A stretch of 24,000 nt of DNA, from assembly GCF_054903135.1 (NCBI RefSeq), contig NZ_CM142803.1, one strand, 5' to 3'. Numbering within the stretch: position 1 is the first letter of the stretch; each line of letters opens with the position of its first letter. Positions 9,864-19,913 of the stretch are shown here, one piece after another. Made by a program: the position numbers and the translations under genes. The notes beneath the pieces were generated by a model. That model was not told the origin of the DNA, did no database searches, and saw only the letters and a program-made list of their open reading frames with translations.

Positions 9864-10705
9864 TGGCTTTTCGCCTCGCTCTGTTGGCGGCAATAATCGG
9901 TATCGGAGCAGACAAACATGCGGTTTCCGGCGTCATCCAGCACCACTTCATCAAGATAGCTGTGGGTCGATCCGCAGATGGCGCATGGCTCATCCCACTG
10001 CTGAACGGTGAACGGGTGATCGTCGAAATCGAGACTTTCCACGCGGGTAAACGGCGGCACCGCATAGATGCGCTTCTCGCGCCCCGCGCCGAACAGCTGC
10101 AGGGCGGGCATCATGTCCATTTTTGGGTTATCGAATTTCGGGATCGGCGACGGGTCCATCACGTAGCGCCCATTTACCTTCACCGGATAGGCGTAGGTGG
10201 TGGCGATATGACCGAAGCGGGCAATATCTTCATACAGTTTCACCTGCATCACGCCGTACTCTTCCAGCGCGTGCATGGTGCGGGTTTCCGTTTCGCGCGG
10301 CTCGATAAAGCGCAGCGGTTCGGGGATCGGCACCTGGAAGATAATGATCTGATCTTCCGTCAGCGGCGTTTCGGGAATGCGGTGGCGCGTCTGGATAAGC
10401 GTCGCATCATCCGTACGTTCAGTGGTGTTCACCCCGGTCACGCGCTTAAAGAAGTTGCGAATCGACACGGCGTTGGTGGTGTCATCCGCGCCCTGGTCAA
10501 TCACCTTCAACACGTCGCTTTCGCCAATCACGCTGGCGGTGAGCTGTATGCCGCCGGTTCCCCAGCCGTATGGCATGGGCATCTCGCGCCCGCCAAACGG
10601 CACCTGATAACCGGGGATCGCCACCGCTTTTAAGATGGCGCGGCGGATCATGCGTTTGGTCTGCTCGTCGAGGTAGGCAAAGTTGTAGCCGCTCAGATTA
10701 GCCAT
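9860..10705 (-). CDS. phnJ: PhnJ, C-P lyase catalytic radical-SAM subunit
   Basis: 281 aa from MANLSGYNFAYLDEQTKRMIRRAILKAVAIPGYQVPF; C-terminal cysteines CAICGS...MFVCSDTDYC. Confidence 0.96.
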   Translation of the reverse strand: MANLSGYNFAYLDEQTKRMIRRAILKAVAIPGYQVPFGGREMPMPYGWGTGGIQLTASVIGESDVLKVIDQGADDTTNAVSIRNFFKRVTGVNTTERTDDATLIQTRHRIPETPLTEDQIIIFQVPIPEPLRFIEPRETETRTMHALEEYGVMQVKLYEDIARFGHIATTYAYPVKVNGRYVMDPSPIPKFDNPKMDMMPALQLFGAGREKRIYAVPPFTRVESLDFDDHPFTVQQWDEPCAICGSTHSYLDEVVLDDAGNRMFVCSDTDYCRQQSEAKSQ

Positions 10706-11762
10706 GGTTCTGCTCCTGTTGCAGACGTTTGAGTAGCTCCAGTTCGGCCTGGAAATCGACGTAGTGCGGGAGTTTGAGGTGCGAGACAAAGCCTGCGGCT
10801 TCGACGTTGTCGGCATGTGCCAGCACAAACTCTTCATCCTGCGCCGGGCCTGTCGCGTGCTCGCCGTACTCCGGAGCCTGCAACGCACGGTCAACCAGCG
10901 CCATCGCCATCGCTTTGCGCTCGCTCATGCCGAACACCAGCCCGTAGCCGCGCGTGAAGTGCGGCGGCTCATCCGGCGGGTCAATAAAACCGTTGACCAT
11001 TTCACACTCGGTCATCAGCAGTTCGCCGACGTTCACCGCAAATCCCAGCTCTTCCGGCACAATCGACACGTCGATGTAACCACTGCGGATTTCGCCCGCG
11101 AACGGGTGATTGCGTCCGTAACCGCGCTGGGTAGAGTAGGCCAGCGCCAGCAAATAGCCTTCGTCGCCGCGCATCAACTGCTGCAAACGGGAAGAACGTG
11201 AACAGGGGTAAACCGGCGGCGTGCGGGTGATGTCATCCGGCTGTGCGCCGCTATCCTCTTCAAACTTCGCCAGCCCCTGACGCGCCAGCAGGCTGAAAAC
11301 GTGCGGCGACGGGGATTGTTCGCTGTCTGCGGTGGTCAGCGTCGGCGCTTCGCCGTTTGCCAGCAGGGTGAAATCGAGCAGGCGATGGGTGTAGTCGTAG
11401 GTTGGGCCAAGCAACTGACCGCCGGGAATATCTTTATAAACCGCTGAAATACGCCGTTCGAGACGCATCTCCGTGGTGTCGAGCGGCTCGCTTACCGCCA
11501 GCTTCGCCAGCGTGGTGCGGTAGGCGCGTAGCAGGAAAATCGCTTCGACGTTATCGCCGCTGGCCTGTTTCAGCGCCAGCGCCGCCAGTTCGCGGTCGGC
11601 AATGCCGCCTTCGGTCATCACGCGATCCACCGCAAGATTAAGCTGCTGTTCAATCTGGGCGACGCTCAGTTCAGGCAAATCGGTATTGCCCCGGCGTCGG
11701 CTCTCTTGCAGGGCGTGGGCGGCGTCGATCGCCTTCTCGCCCCCTTTCACGGCAACGTACAT
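10698..11762 (-). CDS. phnI: PhnI, C-P lyase core complex subunit / nucleosidase
   Basis: 354 aa from [20 protein letters not shown]; overlaps phnJ and phnH starts/stops as in the canonical operon. Confidence 0.96.
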   Translation of the reverse strand: MYVAVKGGEKAIDAAHALQESRRRGNTDLPELSVAQIEQQLNLAVDRVMTEGGIADRELAALALKQASGDNVEAIFLLRAYRTTLAKLAVSEPLDTTEMRLERRISAVYKDIPGGQLLGPTYDYTHRLLDFTLLANGEAPTLTTADSEQSPSPHVFSLLARQGLAKFEEDSGAQPDDITRTPPVYPCSRSSRLQQLMRGDEGYLLALAYSTQRGYGRNHPFAGEIRSGYIDVSIVPEELGFAVNVGELLMTECEMVNGFIDPPDEPPHFTRGYGLVFGMSERKAMAMALVDRALQAPEYGEHATGPAQDEEFVLAHADNVEAAGFVSHLKLPHYVDFQAELELLKRLQQEQNHG

Positions 11763-12346
11763 CAGCACACCTCCACATGAGTGGTTCGCGGGATAGCCAG
11801 CAGGCGCTCGCCGCAGGTCAGGATCAGGTCGATGCCGAGCGGGAACGGGTGCGGGCGCTCGGTGAGTTCGTGCAGAATGCACTCCGGCAGCTGCGGAGCG
11901 ATCATTCGTTCTTCGGCAATACCCGCGCCAGTAAGGCGCAGCATGCGCCCGCCGCTCAGGCTGACGACCTGTAAAATCAGCGTCGCGCCCGCTTCCGGCG
12001 CAACAGCGGTGCCGCTGGAAAGAGCGTTGAGCTGTTCGCTGGAAATCGCTTCATCCGTTACCGCGAAGGTCGCCAGTTCCGGCTGATTGACCAGCGGCGC
12101 GTTGGTATGAAAACGCAGGCTCTGGCTGACGATATCGTTACTTAATGGCGCGGAAAGCCACACCGTCGTGTCGTTATCAGCCAGCGTCAGCAGCACGCTG
12201 GTGGTGGCGATATTCAGCGGCTGCCAGCCGCGTTTGAGCTGATGCAGGGCGACAATCACGCCCGGCTCGCTCATGGCCTTTAACAGGCGACGAAAACTGT
12301 GCTGGGCATCCTGCACAGGAAGCATAAAAGCGGTTTCCAGGGTCAT
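11762..12346 (-). CDS. phnH: PhnH, C-P lyase core complex subunit
   Basis: 194 aa, [30 protein letters not shown]; operon position. Confidence 0.95.
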   Translation of the reverse strand: MTLETAFMLPVQDAQHSFRRLLKAMSEPGVIVALHQLKRGWQPLNIATTSVLLTLADNDTTVWLSAPLSNDIVSQSLRFHTNAPLVNQPELATFAVTDEAISSEQLNALSSGTAVAPEAGATLILQVVSLSGGRMLRLTGAGIAEERMIAPQLPECILHELTERPHPFPLGIDLILTCGERLLAIPRTTHVEVC

Positions 12347-12795
12347 GCGTTGTCTCCGCGAACCATCGTAAAGAAGTCGACCCGGCTGGCGTTCACTTCG
12401 GCCTGGCGTGCGGCAATGCGTGCCATACGGTCAGCGTCCAGCGGGGCAATAAGGGTTTCTGATAAGTTTTGAAAATGGCGAGATTGCTGCATCAGCGCAT
12501 CAATCAGCGCGCAGCGTTCGGCGTGCTGTTTATCACGCCCCAGCACCCAGCTGTAGCCGAGGGTGCCGTCAGTCAGGCGTACGGCGGCGCGGGTCAGCGT
12601 GGCGTCGCCGGCAAAAAAGCGTTCGCCGGTACCGCCCATTCGCGCCTGAATCTGCACCAGGCCAGTTTCGGCAGTGCGGATCACTTCATAGTCGGCGGTG
12701 ATGTTCAGCGCGTTCAGGCGGGCTGCCAGTTCAGCCGGTTGGCTGTGCGCCAGTACGGACATCCAGTGCTGGCGGGTCGCGGTATCTGCGTGCAT
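12343..12795 (-). CDS. phnG: PhnG, C-P lyase core complex subunit
   Basis: 150 aa, [27 protein letters not shown]; operon position. Confidence 0.95.
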   Translation of the reverse strand: MHADTATRQHWMSVLAHSQPAELAARLNALNITADYEVIRTAETGLVQIQARMGGTGERFFAGDATLTRAAVRLTDGTLGYSWVLGRDKQHAERCALIDALMQQSRHFQNLSETLIAPLDADRMARIAARQAEVNASRVDFFTMVRGDNA

Positions 12796-13521
12796 TCAGT
12801 GCTCCATAGTGAATTCAATCATGTCGGCGCGCGTCAGGCTGACGGAGTACTCCGCCGGGCTGCTTTCACCGTCACGGTGGTTAAGGGTGCGCACGCACAG
12901 CAGCGGCGACATATTCGGGATTTCAAGGCGCTGGCACTCTTTGGCCTGGGCGCGGCGGGCGCTGATCCGCGTCTGGCTGCGGCGCAGCGCAATTCCGGTT
13001 TGCTCGCGCAGAAAATCGTGCAGCGAACCGCTGTCGAAACGTTGCAGTGTCGGCCAGAGGGTGAGGTCCGCAAAGTAGTGGTCGATTAAACAGAGCGCGA
13101 CGCCGTTGACGCGACGCAGGGTGCGCAAATGGATAACGTTCTCGCCCTCGGTAATCCCCAGCGCGTCAGCGACGTGACCGGACGCGGGGCGCAATACCGA
13201 CAGCAGTTTTTCGCTGGTGGGATGGCTACCCTGGTCCAGCAGGTTCTGGCTAAAACGCGCCTGGGCGTTGAGCGGGTAATCGAACGGGCGCATCAGCACC
13301 AGCACGCCGACGCCCTGACGGCGCTGTACCCAGCCTTTTTCCACCAGTTGGTCGATGGCGCGGCGCAGGGTGTGGCGGTTCACCTCAAAGCGCGCCGCCA
13401 GTTGCTGCTCGGCGGGAAGATAGTCGCCGCAGCGGTAGTGTTGACGAAGCTCCTGCTCAAGTTTTGCGGCTATCTCTTGATAGCGTGTTGGGTAGCTGGT
13501 CGGATGTGTAGACAAGTGCAT
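12796..13521 (-). CDS. phnF: PhnF, GntR-family (HutC-like) predicted regulator
   Basis: 241 aa from MHLSTHPTSYPTRYQEIAAKLEQEL; winged-helix GDYLPAEQQLAARFEVNRHTLRRAIDQLVEKGWVQRRQGVG. Confidence 0.95.
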   Translation of the reverse strand: MHLSTHPTSYPTRYQEIAAKLEQELRQHYRCGDYLPAEQQLAARFEVNRHTLRRAIDQLVEKGWVQRRQGVGVLVLMRPFDYPLNAQARFSQNLLDQGSHPTSEKLLSVLRPASGHVADALGITEGENVIHLRTLRRVNGVALCLIDHYFADLTLWPTLQRFDSGSLHDFLREQTGIALRRSQTRISARRAQAKECQRLEIPNMSPLLCVRTLNHRDGESSPAEYSVSLTRADMIEFTMEH

Positions 13522-13541
13522 AGATATCAATGCCTCGCTTA

Positions 13542-14321
13542 TCAGATAAAGTGCTTACGCAACCGTTGAGAGAGGAAATCCAGCAGGCTGACCGTGACGA
13601 TGATAAGCACCATCAGGGCGCAGGTTTGCTGGAACTGGAAACCGCGAATCGCTTCCCACAGGGTGACGCCGATCCCGCCTGCACCGACCATGCCGACGAC
13701 GGTCGCCGAGCGGACGTTGGATTCGAAGCGATAGAGGGAGTAGGAGATCAGCAGCGGCATTACCTGTGGCAGCACGCCGTAAAGGATCTCTTCCAGCTTG
13801 TTGGCACCGGTGGCGCGAATGCCTTCTACCGGGCCGGGTTCAATCGCTTCCACCGCTTCGGAAAGCAGCTTGGAGAGCACGCCGGTGGTGTGGATAAACA
13901 GCGCCAGCACGCCAGCGAACGGGCCGAGGCCGACGGCGACCACGAACAGCATGGCGAAGACCATTTCGTTAATGGCGCGGCAGGCGTCCATCAGGCGGCG
14001 AACGGGCTGGTAAACCCACCACGGCACCAGGTTTTCGGCGCTCATCAGGCCGAAGGGGATGGAGAGAACCACTGCCAGCGCGGTGCCCCAGACGGCGATT
14101 TGCAGCGTGACGGCCATTTCGGTGAGGTAATCCTGCCACTGGCTGAAATCGGGCGGGAAGAAGTCGGCAGCGAAGGTTGCCATGTTGCCGCCGTCTTTAA
14201 TCAGCGTAAGCGGGGCCATTTCCGCGCCCTGCCACGAGACGACCAGCACGGCGAGAACAACGGCCCAGCTCAGAAGCGAGAACCAGCTACGCTTGGGTGG
14301 GGCGATGGTGATGGTTTGCAT
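13542..14321 (-). CDS. phnE: PhnE, phosphonate ABC transporter permease, uninterrupted
   Basis: 259 aa open frame with permease EAA-like region ([25 protein letters not shown]); only two tandem 8-mer units at 13901-13916. Confidence 0.95.
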
Positions 14322-14346
14322 GTTTGGCTCCGTTTAATGTTTTCTC

Positions 14347-14368
14347 CCTCTCCCTCAAGGGAGAGGGG
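14347..14368. repeat. Intercistronic hairpin between phnD and phnE
   Basis: Perfect 9-bp inverted repeat CCCTCTCCC-tcaa-GGGAGAGGG; shares its core with the 5319-5420 repeat. Confidence 0.75.
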
Positions 14369-14382
14369 ACCGATCGAGCACA

Positions 14383-15399
14383 TTACTGCACCGCTTTACT
14401 CACCGAACTCATCGCGCTTAACGCGTTGTTCAGGCGGTCCAGGTCATCCAGCTGCGCCTGAATCTCGGTGGTTTTCGCCAGCTTGTCCTGCTCATTCAGT
14501 CCTTTATTGCTTTTTACGCCCTGCATCTCTTTAAACAGTGCGAGCTGGCGAATCGGCACCAGTTGCAGGTCGCTGGAGGCGCGGAACGGGGCCCAGCCCA
14601 GGCGTTCCAGCACCGCTTTCTCTTCCGGCGTTTTTCCGTAGTTCATAAAGAAGTCGTAGATCTTGTCTTTGGTGGTTTCGGAGAGATTCTTGCGCCAGAC
14701 GATCGGATCGCCTGGGATCAGCGGCGACTTCCAGATCACCTTCAGTTCTTTCAGCTTCTCTGGCGCGGAGGTTTTCAGCTTGTCGAGGTTTTCGGTGTTG
14801 TTGGTGGCAACATCCACCTGCTTGTTGGCGACGGCCAGCGCGTTGGTTTCATGCCCAGCGTTGACGGTGCGCTTAAAGTCGCTGGCGGAGATATTGTTTT
14901 TGGCAAAGACGTAGTAACCGGGGACGAGGAAGCCAGAGGTGGAGTTAGGATCGCCATTGCCGAAGGTGAGATCTTTCCGCTTCGCCAGCAGATCGTTCAG
15001 GTTGTTGATCGGACTATCTTTGTTGACGATCAACACGCTCCAGTAACCTGGCGATCCATCCGCCGCGACCGTCTGGGCGAAGACCTGGCCGTTGGCGCGA
15101 TCCACCGCTTCCATTGCCGACAGGTTGCCGTACCAGGCGATATCCACTTTATTGAAGCGCATTCCCTGGATAATGCCTGCGTAGTCTGGGGCAAAGAAGG
15201 CGTTCACCTTCACGCCCAGCTTCTTCTCCATATCCTGTAAGAATGGCGTCCATTGCGGTTTCAGGTTTTGCTGTGATTCCGTTGAAATAATGCCGAAATT
15301 CAGCGCCTTTTCCTGCTCTTCGGCGTGTGCCGGGCTTAACAGGGTGCTGAGGCTGAACATGCTGGTGAAGGCCAGCGAGGCAATTATCTTAGCGTTCAT
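14383..15399 (-). CDS. phnD: PhnD, periplasmic phosphonate-binding protein
   Basis: 338 aa; signal peptide MNAKIIASLAFTSMFSLSTLLSPAHA; NFGIISTESQQNLKPQW. Confidence 0.96.
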   Translation of the reverse strand: MNAKIIASLAFTSMFSLSTLLSPAHAEEQEKALNFGIISTESQQNLKPQWTPFLQDMEKKLGVKVNAFFAPDYAGIIQGMRFNKVDIAWYGNLSAMEAVDRANGQVFAQTVAADGSPGYWSVLIVNKDSPINNLNDLLAKRKDLTFGNGDPNSTSGFLVPGYYVFAKNNISASDFKRTVNAGHETNALAVANKQVDVATNNTENLDKLKTSAPEKLKELKVIWKSPLIPGDPIVWRKNLSETTKDKIYDFFMNYGKTPEEKAVLERLGWAPFRASSDLQLVPIRQLALFKEMQGVKSNKGLNEQDKLAKTTEIQAQLDDLDRLNNALSAMSSVSKAVQ

Positions 15400-15423
15400 T
15401 CGTTTTCCTCAATGATGGGGATG

Positions 15424-16212
15424 TCAGGCAGCTTTCGCGTTCTCTTCGATGCGATTAATGCTGCGGTAGAGATGGTCAAAACGTTCGTTATCAAACTGTT
15501 GGCTGCTGCCGTCGTAGAAAACGTGCCCCTGGCGCAGGGCGACGATGCGTTCGCAGTAGCGCAGGGCGTAATCCACCTGATGTAGCGTGACGACCACGGT
15601 GATGCCGTCGTTCTGGTTGATGTCGCGCAGGGTGTCCATCACGATGCGGGCGGATTCCGGGTCCAGCGAGGCGATGGGTTCATCGGCCAGAATCACCTTC
15701 GCCTGCTGCATCAGCGCGCGGGCAATCGCCACACGCTGCTGCTGTCCGCCGGAGAGGGTGGAAACGCGCTGATGGGCAAAATGCACCATGCCAACGCGGG
15801 TCAGCGCCTGTAACGCGCGCTGTTTCTGCTCGCCGGTGAACCAGCTAAAACAGGTGCGCCAGAACGGCGTGCTGCCGAGCGCGCCAATCAGCACGTTCTC
15901 CAGTACGCTCAGGCGGTTCACCAGGTTGAATTGTTGGAAGATGTAGCCGGTGTTGGCGCGGCTTTTGCGGATATCGCGCGCCAGACGGCCTTCGCGCTGG
16001 ACTGTGCGGCCCAGCAGCTCGATATGGCTGCCGGCGGATTTATCGCCGGTAATCAAACCGCTTAAGTGACGTAAAAGGGTGGATTTGCCGGAACCCGACG
16101 GCCCAAGCAGAGCCACCATTTCACCGTGATGAATGTTCAGATCAACCGCATGCAGCGCCTGATGCTGATTGAAGGTTTTGGCGAGCTTCTCGACACGGAT
16201 AATCGTTTGCAT
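15424..16212 (-). CDS. phnC: PhnC, phosphonate ABC transporter ATP-binding protein
   Basis: 262 aa; Walker [10 protein letters not shown]; [15 protein letters not shown]; [15 protein letters not shown]. Confidence 0.96.
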   Translation of the reverse strand: MQTIIRVEKLAKTFNQHQALHAVDLNIHHGEMVALLGPSGSGKSTLLRHLSGLITGDKSAGSHIELLGRTVQREGRLARDIRKSRANTGYIFQQFNLVNRLSVLENVLIGALGSTPFWRTCFSWFTGEQKQRALQALTRVGMVHFAHQRVSTLSGGQQQRVAIARALMQQAKVILADEPIASLDPESARIVMDTLRDINQNDGITVVVTLHQVDYALRYCERIVALRQGHVFYDGSSQQFDNERFDHLYRSINRIEENAKAA

Positions 16213-16252
16213 GATGCAGCCTCCCTAAAAAAGTGGCTCCATCGTGGCGGAT

Positions 16253-16290
16253 TATTGTGACGATTTGGTTAATTAAAAGTGACTAACAGA
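16253..16290 (-). promoter_or_regulatory. Probable Pho box / PhoB-controlled promoter of phnCDEFGHIJKLMNOP
   Basis: Minus strand reads CTGTTAGTCACTTTTAATTAACCAAATCGTCACAATAAT just upstream of phnC, with Pho-box-like half-sites. Assignment rests on motif resemblance and known phn regulation; no scoring done. Confidence 0.55.
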
Positions 16291-16344
16291 TGAAGAGTTA
16301 ACGGGAATTCGATGACAGTGCGGGAGGGCGGGCCTCCCGGCGGA

Positions 16345-16788
16345 TTATTGCGTTGGTTGTTGTTTGACGACATTAATCATCCACGGTACGCCAAATTTAT
16401 CGGTGACTTTGCCAAAGCCATGCGCCCAGAAAGTTTCCTGCCAGGCCATTTCGATTTTTCCGTTAGCGGCAAGATTGTCAAACCAGCGTTTTCCTTCTTC
16501 GACCTGTTGCGAATCGAGCACCAGCGTAAAGCCGGAGTAGCTGGCTTTTCCTGACGGCATGGCATCGCTCATCATGATGTCGCTTCCGGCAATGCGCACG
16601 TTGGCATGAGCGATGGCGGTATCGGGAAATTGCATTCCGGAAGGGCAGTTCTCGGCGCTGTCCTGCGCTGATTTTGGCATTTCGCCGAAGCTGATTTTAT
16701 AGAGCAGTTCAGCGCCCAACGTACGTTGATAATAAGCAATTGCGTCGGCACAGTTACCGGCAAAAGAGAGGTAGGGACTTAACGGCAT
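16345..16788 (-). CDS. yjdN: YjdN, VOC/glyoxalase-fold protein (formerly PhnB)
   Basis: 147 aa, MPLSPYLSFAGNCADAIAYYQRTLGAELLYKISFGEMP. Confidence 0.93.
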   Translation of the reverse strand: MPLSPYLSFAGNCADAIAYYQRTLGAELLYKISFGEMPKSAQDSAENCPSGMQFPDTAIAHANVRIAGSDIMMSDAMPSGKASYSGFTLVLDSQQVEEGKRWFDNLAANGKIEMAWQETFWAHGFGKVTDKFGVPWMINVVKQQPTQ

Positions 16789-16852
16789 GATGGTGACCTC
16801 AGTTAAGAGAAGCCAGTTAAGTGTAGTTCGAAATTTATACAGATGAGAGGGA

Positions 16853-16934
16853 AGCCTGATAAGACGCGGTCAGCGTCGCATCAGGCAGTCGGCATCGTTG
16901 CCGGATGCGGCGCGAGCGCCTTATCCGGCTTACC
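16853..16934. repeat. REP/BIME element between yjdM and yjdN
   Basis: GCCTGATAAGACGCGGTCAGCGTCGCATCAGGC followed by GCCGGATGCGGCGCGAGCGCCTTATCCGGC. Confidence 0.88.
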
Positions 16935-16947
16935 GATCACAATACAA

Positions 16948-17283
16948 TCAGTTCTTTTTCACAAACTCAGATTTCAGTTTCATCGGACCAAAACCGTCGA
17001 TTTTGCAATCGATGTTATGGTCGCCTTCAACCAGGCGGATGTTTTTCACTTTGGTGCCAATTTTCAGCATCGAAGAGCTACCTTTCACCTTCAGATCTTT
17101 AATGATGGTAACGCTGTCGCCGTCAGCCAGCAGATTGCCGTTAGCATCTTTAACGATCAGCTCGTCGCTTTCCTGTGCAGGTTCTGCGTCGTTCCATTCG
17201 TAGGCACATTCCGGGCAGATGTACATGCCGTTATCTTCGTAAGTGTATTCGGAGTTGCATTTTGGGCAGTGTGGTAATGACAT
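16948..17283 (-). CDS. yjdM: YjdM, zinc-ribbon protein (formerly PhnA)
   Basis: 111 aa from [30 protein letters not shown], preceded by GAGGAAATCCACATG; two CPxC pairs. Confidence 0.94.
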
Positions 17284-17684
17284 GTGGATTTCCTCAAAAG
17301 TCAGCAGGGCAAAAGCGCCAAAAAACGGCAGATTGCCGAAAAAGGCCGCAATTATACACAAAATCCCTGAGTTTGTCGGGGGTACTGCTGATTTTAGACG
17401 ACGATCGTTTTCATTTGAAAGGAAACGCAAAAAGAAAATAATCTTTTTGCCTCTATTTATTATTTAAGATAATGTTAATGCTCTACTTGTTCTTTTTTTT
17501 ATTCACATGATATTTTTATCTTTCTGACGTTTTAAACGTATCAGAAGACGTTATTTATTCTGATAAAAAACAACACACTAAATATAAAATTATTTCTTGC
17601 AGTAATTATAAAAGCCGAAAACAGAACTCAAAAACAATCTGGCTAAATAAAAGTAACAAAATTTGCTTTAAGGAAGAATTTTCT

Positions 17685-19913
17685 ATGTACACACAGACCC
17701 TGTATGAGTTAAGTCAGGAGGCTGAACGCCTGTTACAGCTTTCTCGCCAACAGTTGCAGTTACTGGAAAAAATGCCTCTCTCTGTACCCGGAGACGACGC
17801 GCCACAACTGGCTTTACCCTGGAGTCAGCCTAATATCGCCGAACGTCACGCGATGCTGAATAATGAGTTGCGTAAAATTTCCCGACTGGAAATGGTGCTG
17901 GCAATTGTCGGTACCATGAAAGCAGGGAAATCAACCACCATTAATGCCATTGTTGGTACGGAGGTTCTGCCTAATCGTAATCGCCCAATGACTGCGCTGC
18001 CGACGCTTATTCGCCATACGCCCGGGCAAAAGGAACCGGTACTGCATTTTTCACATGTCGCGCCAATCGATTGTTTAATTCAACAATTACAACAGCGCCT
18101 GCGTGATTGCGATATTAAGCATCTGACCGATGTGCTGGAAATAGATAAAGATATGCGTGCGCTTATGCAGCGGATCGAAAATGGCGTCGCTTTCGAAAAA
18201 TATTATCTGGGTGCCCAGCCTATTTTTCATTGTCTGAAAAGTTTGAATGATTTAGTGCGACTGGCGAAGGCGCTGGACGTCGATTTTCCTTTTTCTGCTT
18301 ACGCCGCCATTGAGCATATTCCCGTGATTGAAGTGGAGTTTGTCCATCTGGCGGGGCTGGAGAGTTATCCCGGTCAGTTGACGTTACTGGATACCCCCGG
18401 GCCAAATGAAGCCGGGCAACCGCATCTGCAAAAAATGCTTAACCAGCAGCTGGCACGCGCCTCGGCGGTACTGGCGGTGCTGGATTATACGCAACTGAAA
18501 TCGATCTCCGATGAAGAGGTCCGTGAGGCGATTTTGGCGGTGGGGCAATCGGTGCCGCTGTATGTGCTGGTCAATAAGTTCGATCAACAGGATCGTAACA
18601 GTGACGACGCCGACCAGGTGCGGGCACTGATTTCCGGGACGCTGATGAAAGGCTGTATTACGCCACAGCAGATATTTCCGGTGTCGTCGATGTGGGGCTA
18701 CCTGGCGAATCGGGCGCGCCATGAGTTAGCCAACAACGGTAAGTTACCAGCGCCAGAGCAACAACGCTGGGTGGAAGATTTTGCCCATGCCGCGCTCGGC
18801 AGGCGCTGGCGTCATGCCGATCTGGCGGACCTCGAACATATTCGTCATGCTGCCGATCAGTTGTGGGAAGATTCGCTGTTCGCCCAGCCAATTCAGGCGT
18901 TGCTTCATGCCGCTTACGCTAACGCCTCGTTGTATGCTTTGCGATCTGCTGCGCATAAACTGTTGAATTACGCGCAGCAGGCGCGGGAATACCTGGATTT
19001 TCGTGCGCACGGGTTAAACGTCGCTTGTGAACAATTGCGGCAAAATATCCATCAGGTCGAAGAAAGTTTGCAGCTATTGCAACTCAATCAGGCGCAGGTG
19101 AGCGGCGAGGTTAAACATGAAATCGAGCTGGCCCTGACCTCCGCCAACCACTTTCTGCGTCAACAGCAAGATGCGCTGAATGCGCAGTTAGCCGCCTTGT
19201 TTCAGGATGATTCGGAGCCGTTAAGCGAGATTCGTACCTGCTGTGAGACACTGTTACAGACGGCGCAGAACACCATCAGTCGCGACTTTACGCTGCGTTT
19301 TGCCGAGCTTGAATCCACCCTTTGCCGGGTGTTAACCGATGTTATTCGGCCCATTGAGCAACAAGTCAAAATGGAATTGAGCGAGTCAGGGTTTCGTCCT
19401 GGGTTTCATTTTCCTGTTTTTCACGGCGTAGTTCCCCACTTCAACACTCGCCAGCTGTTCAGTGAAGTCATTTCGCGCCAGGAAGCAACGGACGAGCAGA
19501 GCACGCGTTTAGGCGTTGTGCGTGAGACTTTTTCGCGCTGGTTGAATCAGCCCGACTGGGGACGGGGAAATGAGAAATCCCCGACAGAAACGGTTGATTA
19601 CAGTGTGTTGCAACGAGCATTAAGCGCAGAAGTCGATCTCTATTGCCAACAAATGGCTAAAGTTCTGGCAGAGCAGGTCGATGAATCTGTTACGGCAGGC
19701 ATGAATACTTTTTTCGCTGAGTTCGCTTCATGTTTGACGGAATTACAGACGCGTTTACGCGAAAGTCTGGCTCTGCGTCAACAAAATGAATCGGTGGTCA
19801 GGCTGATGCAGCAGCAATTGCAGCAGACTGTGATGACTCACGGCTGGATTTACACCGACGCCCAGCTGTTACGCGATGATATTCAAACACTTTTCACGGC
19901 AGAACGATATTGA
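17685..19913 (+). CDS. crfC: CrfC (YjdA), dynamin-like clamp-binding GTPase
   Basis: 742 aa; dynamin-type P-loop GTMKAGKST, G3 DTPGPNE, G4 NKFD; long helical C-terminal region. Confidence 0.94.
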   Translation: MYTQTLYELSQEAERLLQLSRQQLQLLEKMPLSVPGDDAPQLALPWSQPNIAERHAMLNNELRKISRLEMVLAIVGTMKAGKSTTINAIVGTEVLPNRNRPMTALPTLIRHTPGQKEPVLHFSHVAPIDCLIQQLQQRLRDCDIKHLTDVLEIDKDMRALMQRIENGVAFEKYYLGAQPIFHCLKSLNDLVRLAKALDVDFPFSAYAAIEHIPVIEVEFVHLAGLESYPGQLTLLDTPGPNEAGQPHLQKMLNQQLARASAVLAVLDYTQLKSISDEEVREAILAVGQSVPLYVLVNKFDQQDRNSDDADQVRALISGTLMKGCITPQQIFPVSSMWGYLANRARHELANNGKLPAPEQQRWVEDFAHAALGRRWRHADLADLEHIRHAADQLWEDSLFAQPIQALLHAAYANASLYALRSAAHKLLNYAQQAREYLDFRAHGLNVACEQLRQNIHQVEESLQLLQLNQAQVSGEVKHEIELALTSANHFLRQQQDALNAQLAALFQDDSEPLSEIRTCCETLLQTAQNTISRDFTLRFAELESTLCRVLTDVIRPIEQQVKMELSESGFRPGFHFPVFHGVVPHFNTRQLFSEVISRQEATDEQSTRLGVVRETFSRWLNQPDWGRGNEKSPTETVDYSVLQRALSAEVDLYCQQMAKVLAEQVDESVTAGMNTFFAEFASCLTELQTRLRESLALRQQNESVVRLMQQQLQQTVMTHGWIYTDAQLLRDDIQTLFTAERY

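Noticed and set aside
9860-10633. 256-aa + strand ORF (9863-10633) opposite phnJ, and similar long + strand ORFs opposite phnH/G/F/D
   Set aside because: Antisense shadows in high-GC coding DNA with no start context or homology I recognise.
10706-10894. N-terminal extension of the phnJ track ORF
   Set aside because: This lies inside phnI in another frame. MANLSGYN at 10705 gives the expected 281 aa PhnJ and overlaps the phnI end.
13530-14534. 334-aa + strand ORF opposite phnE/phnD
   Set aside because: Antisense shadow of phnE and the phnD end; His/Asp/Gly-rich translation with no family resemblance.
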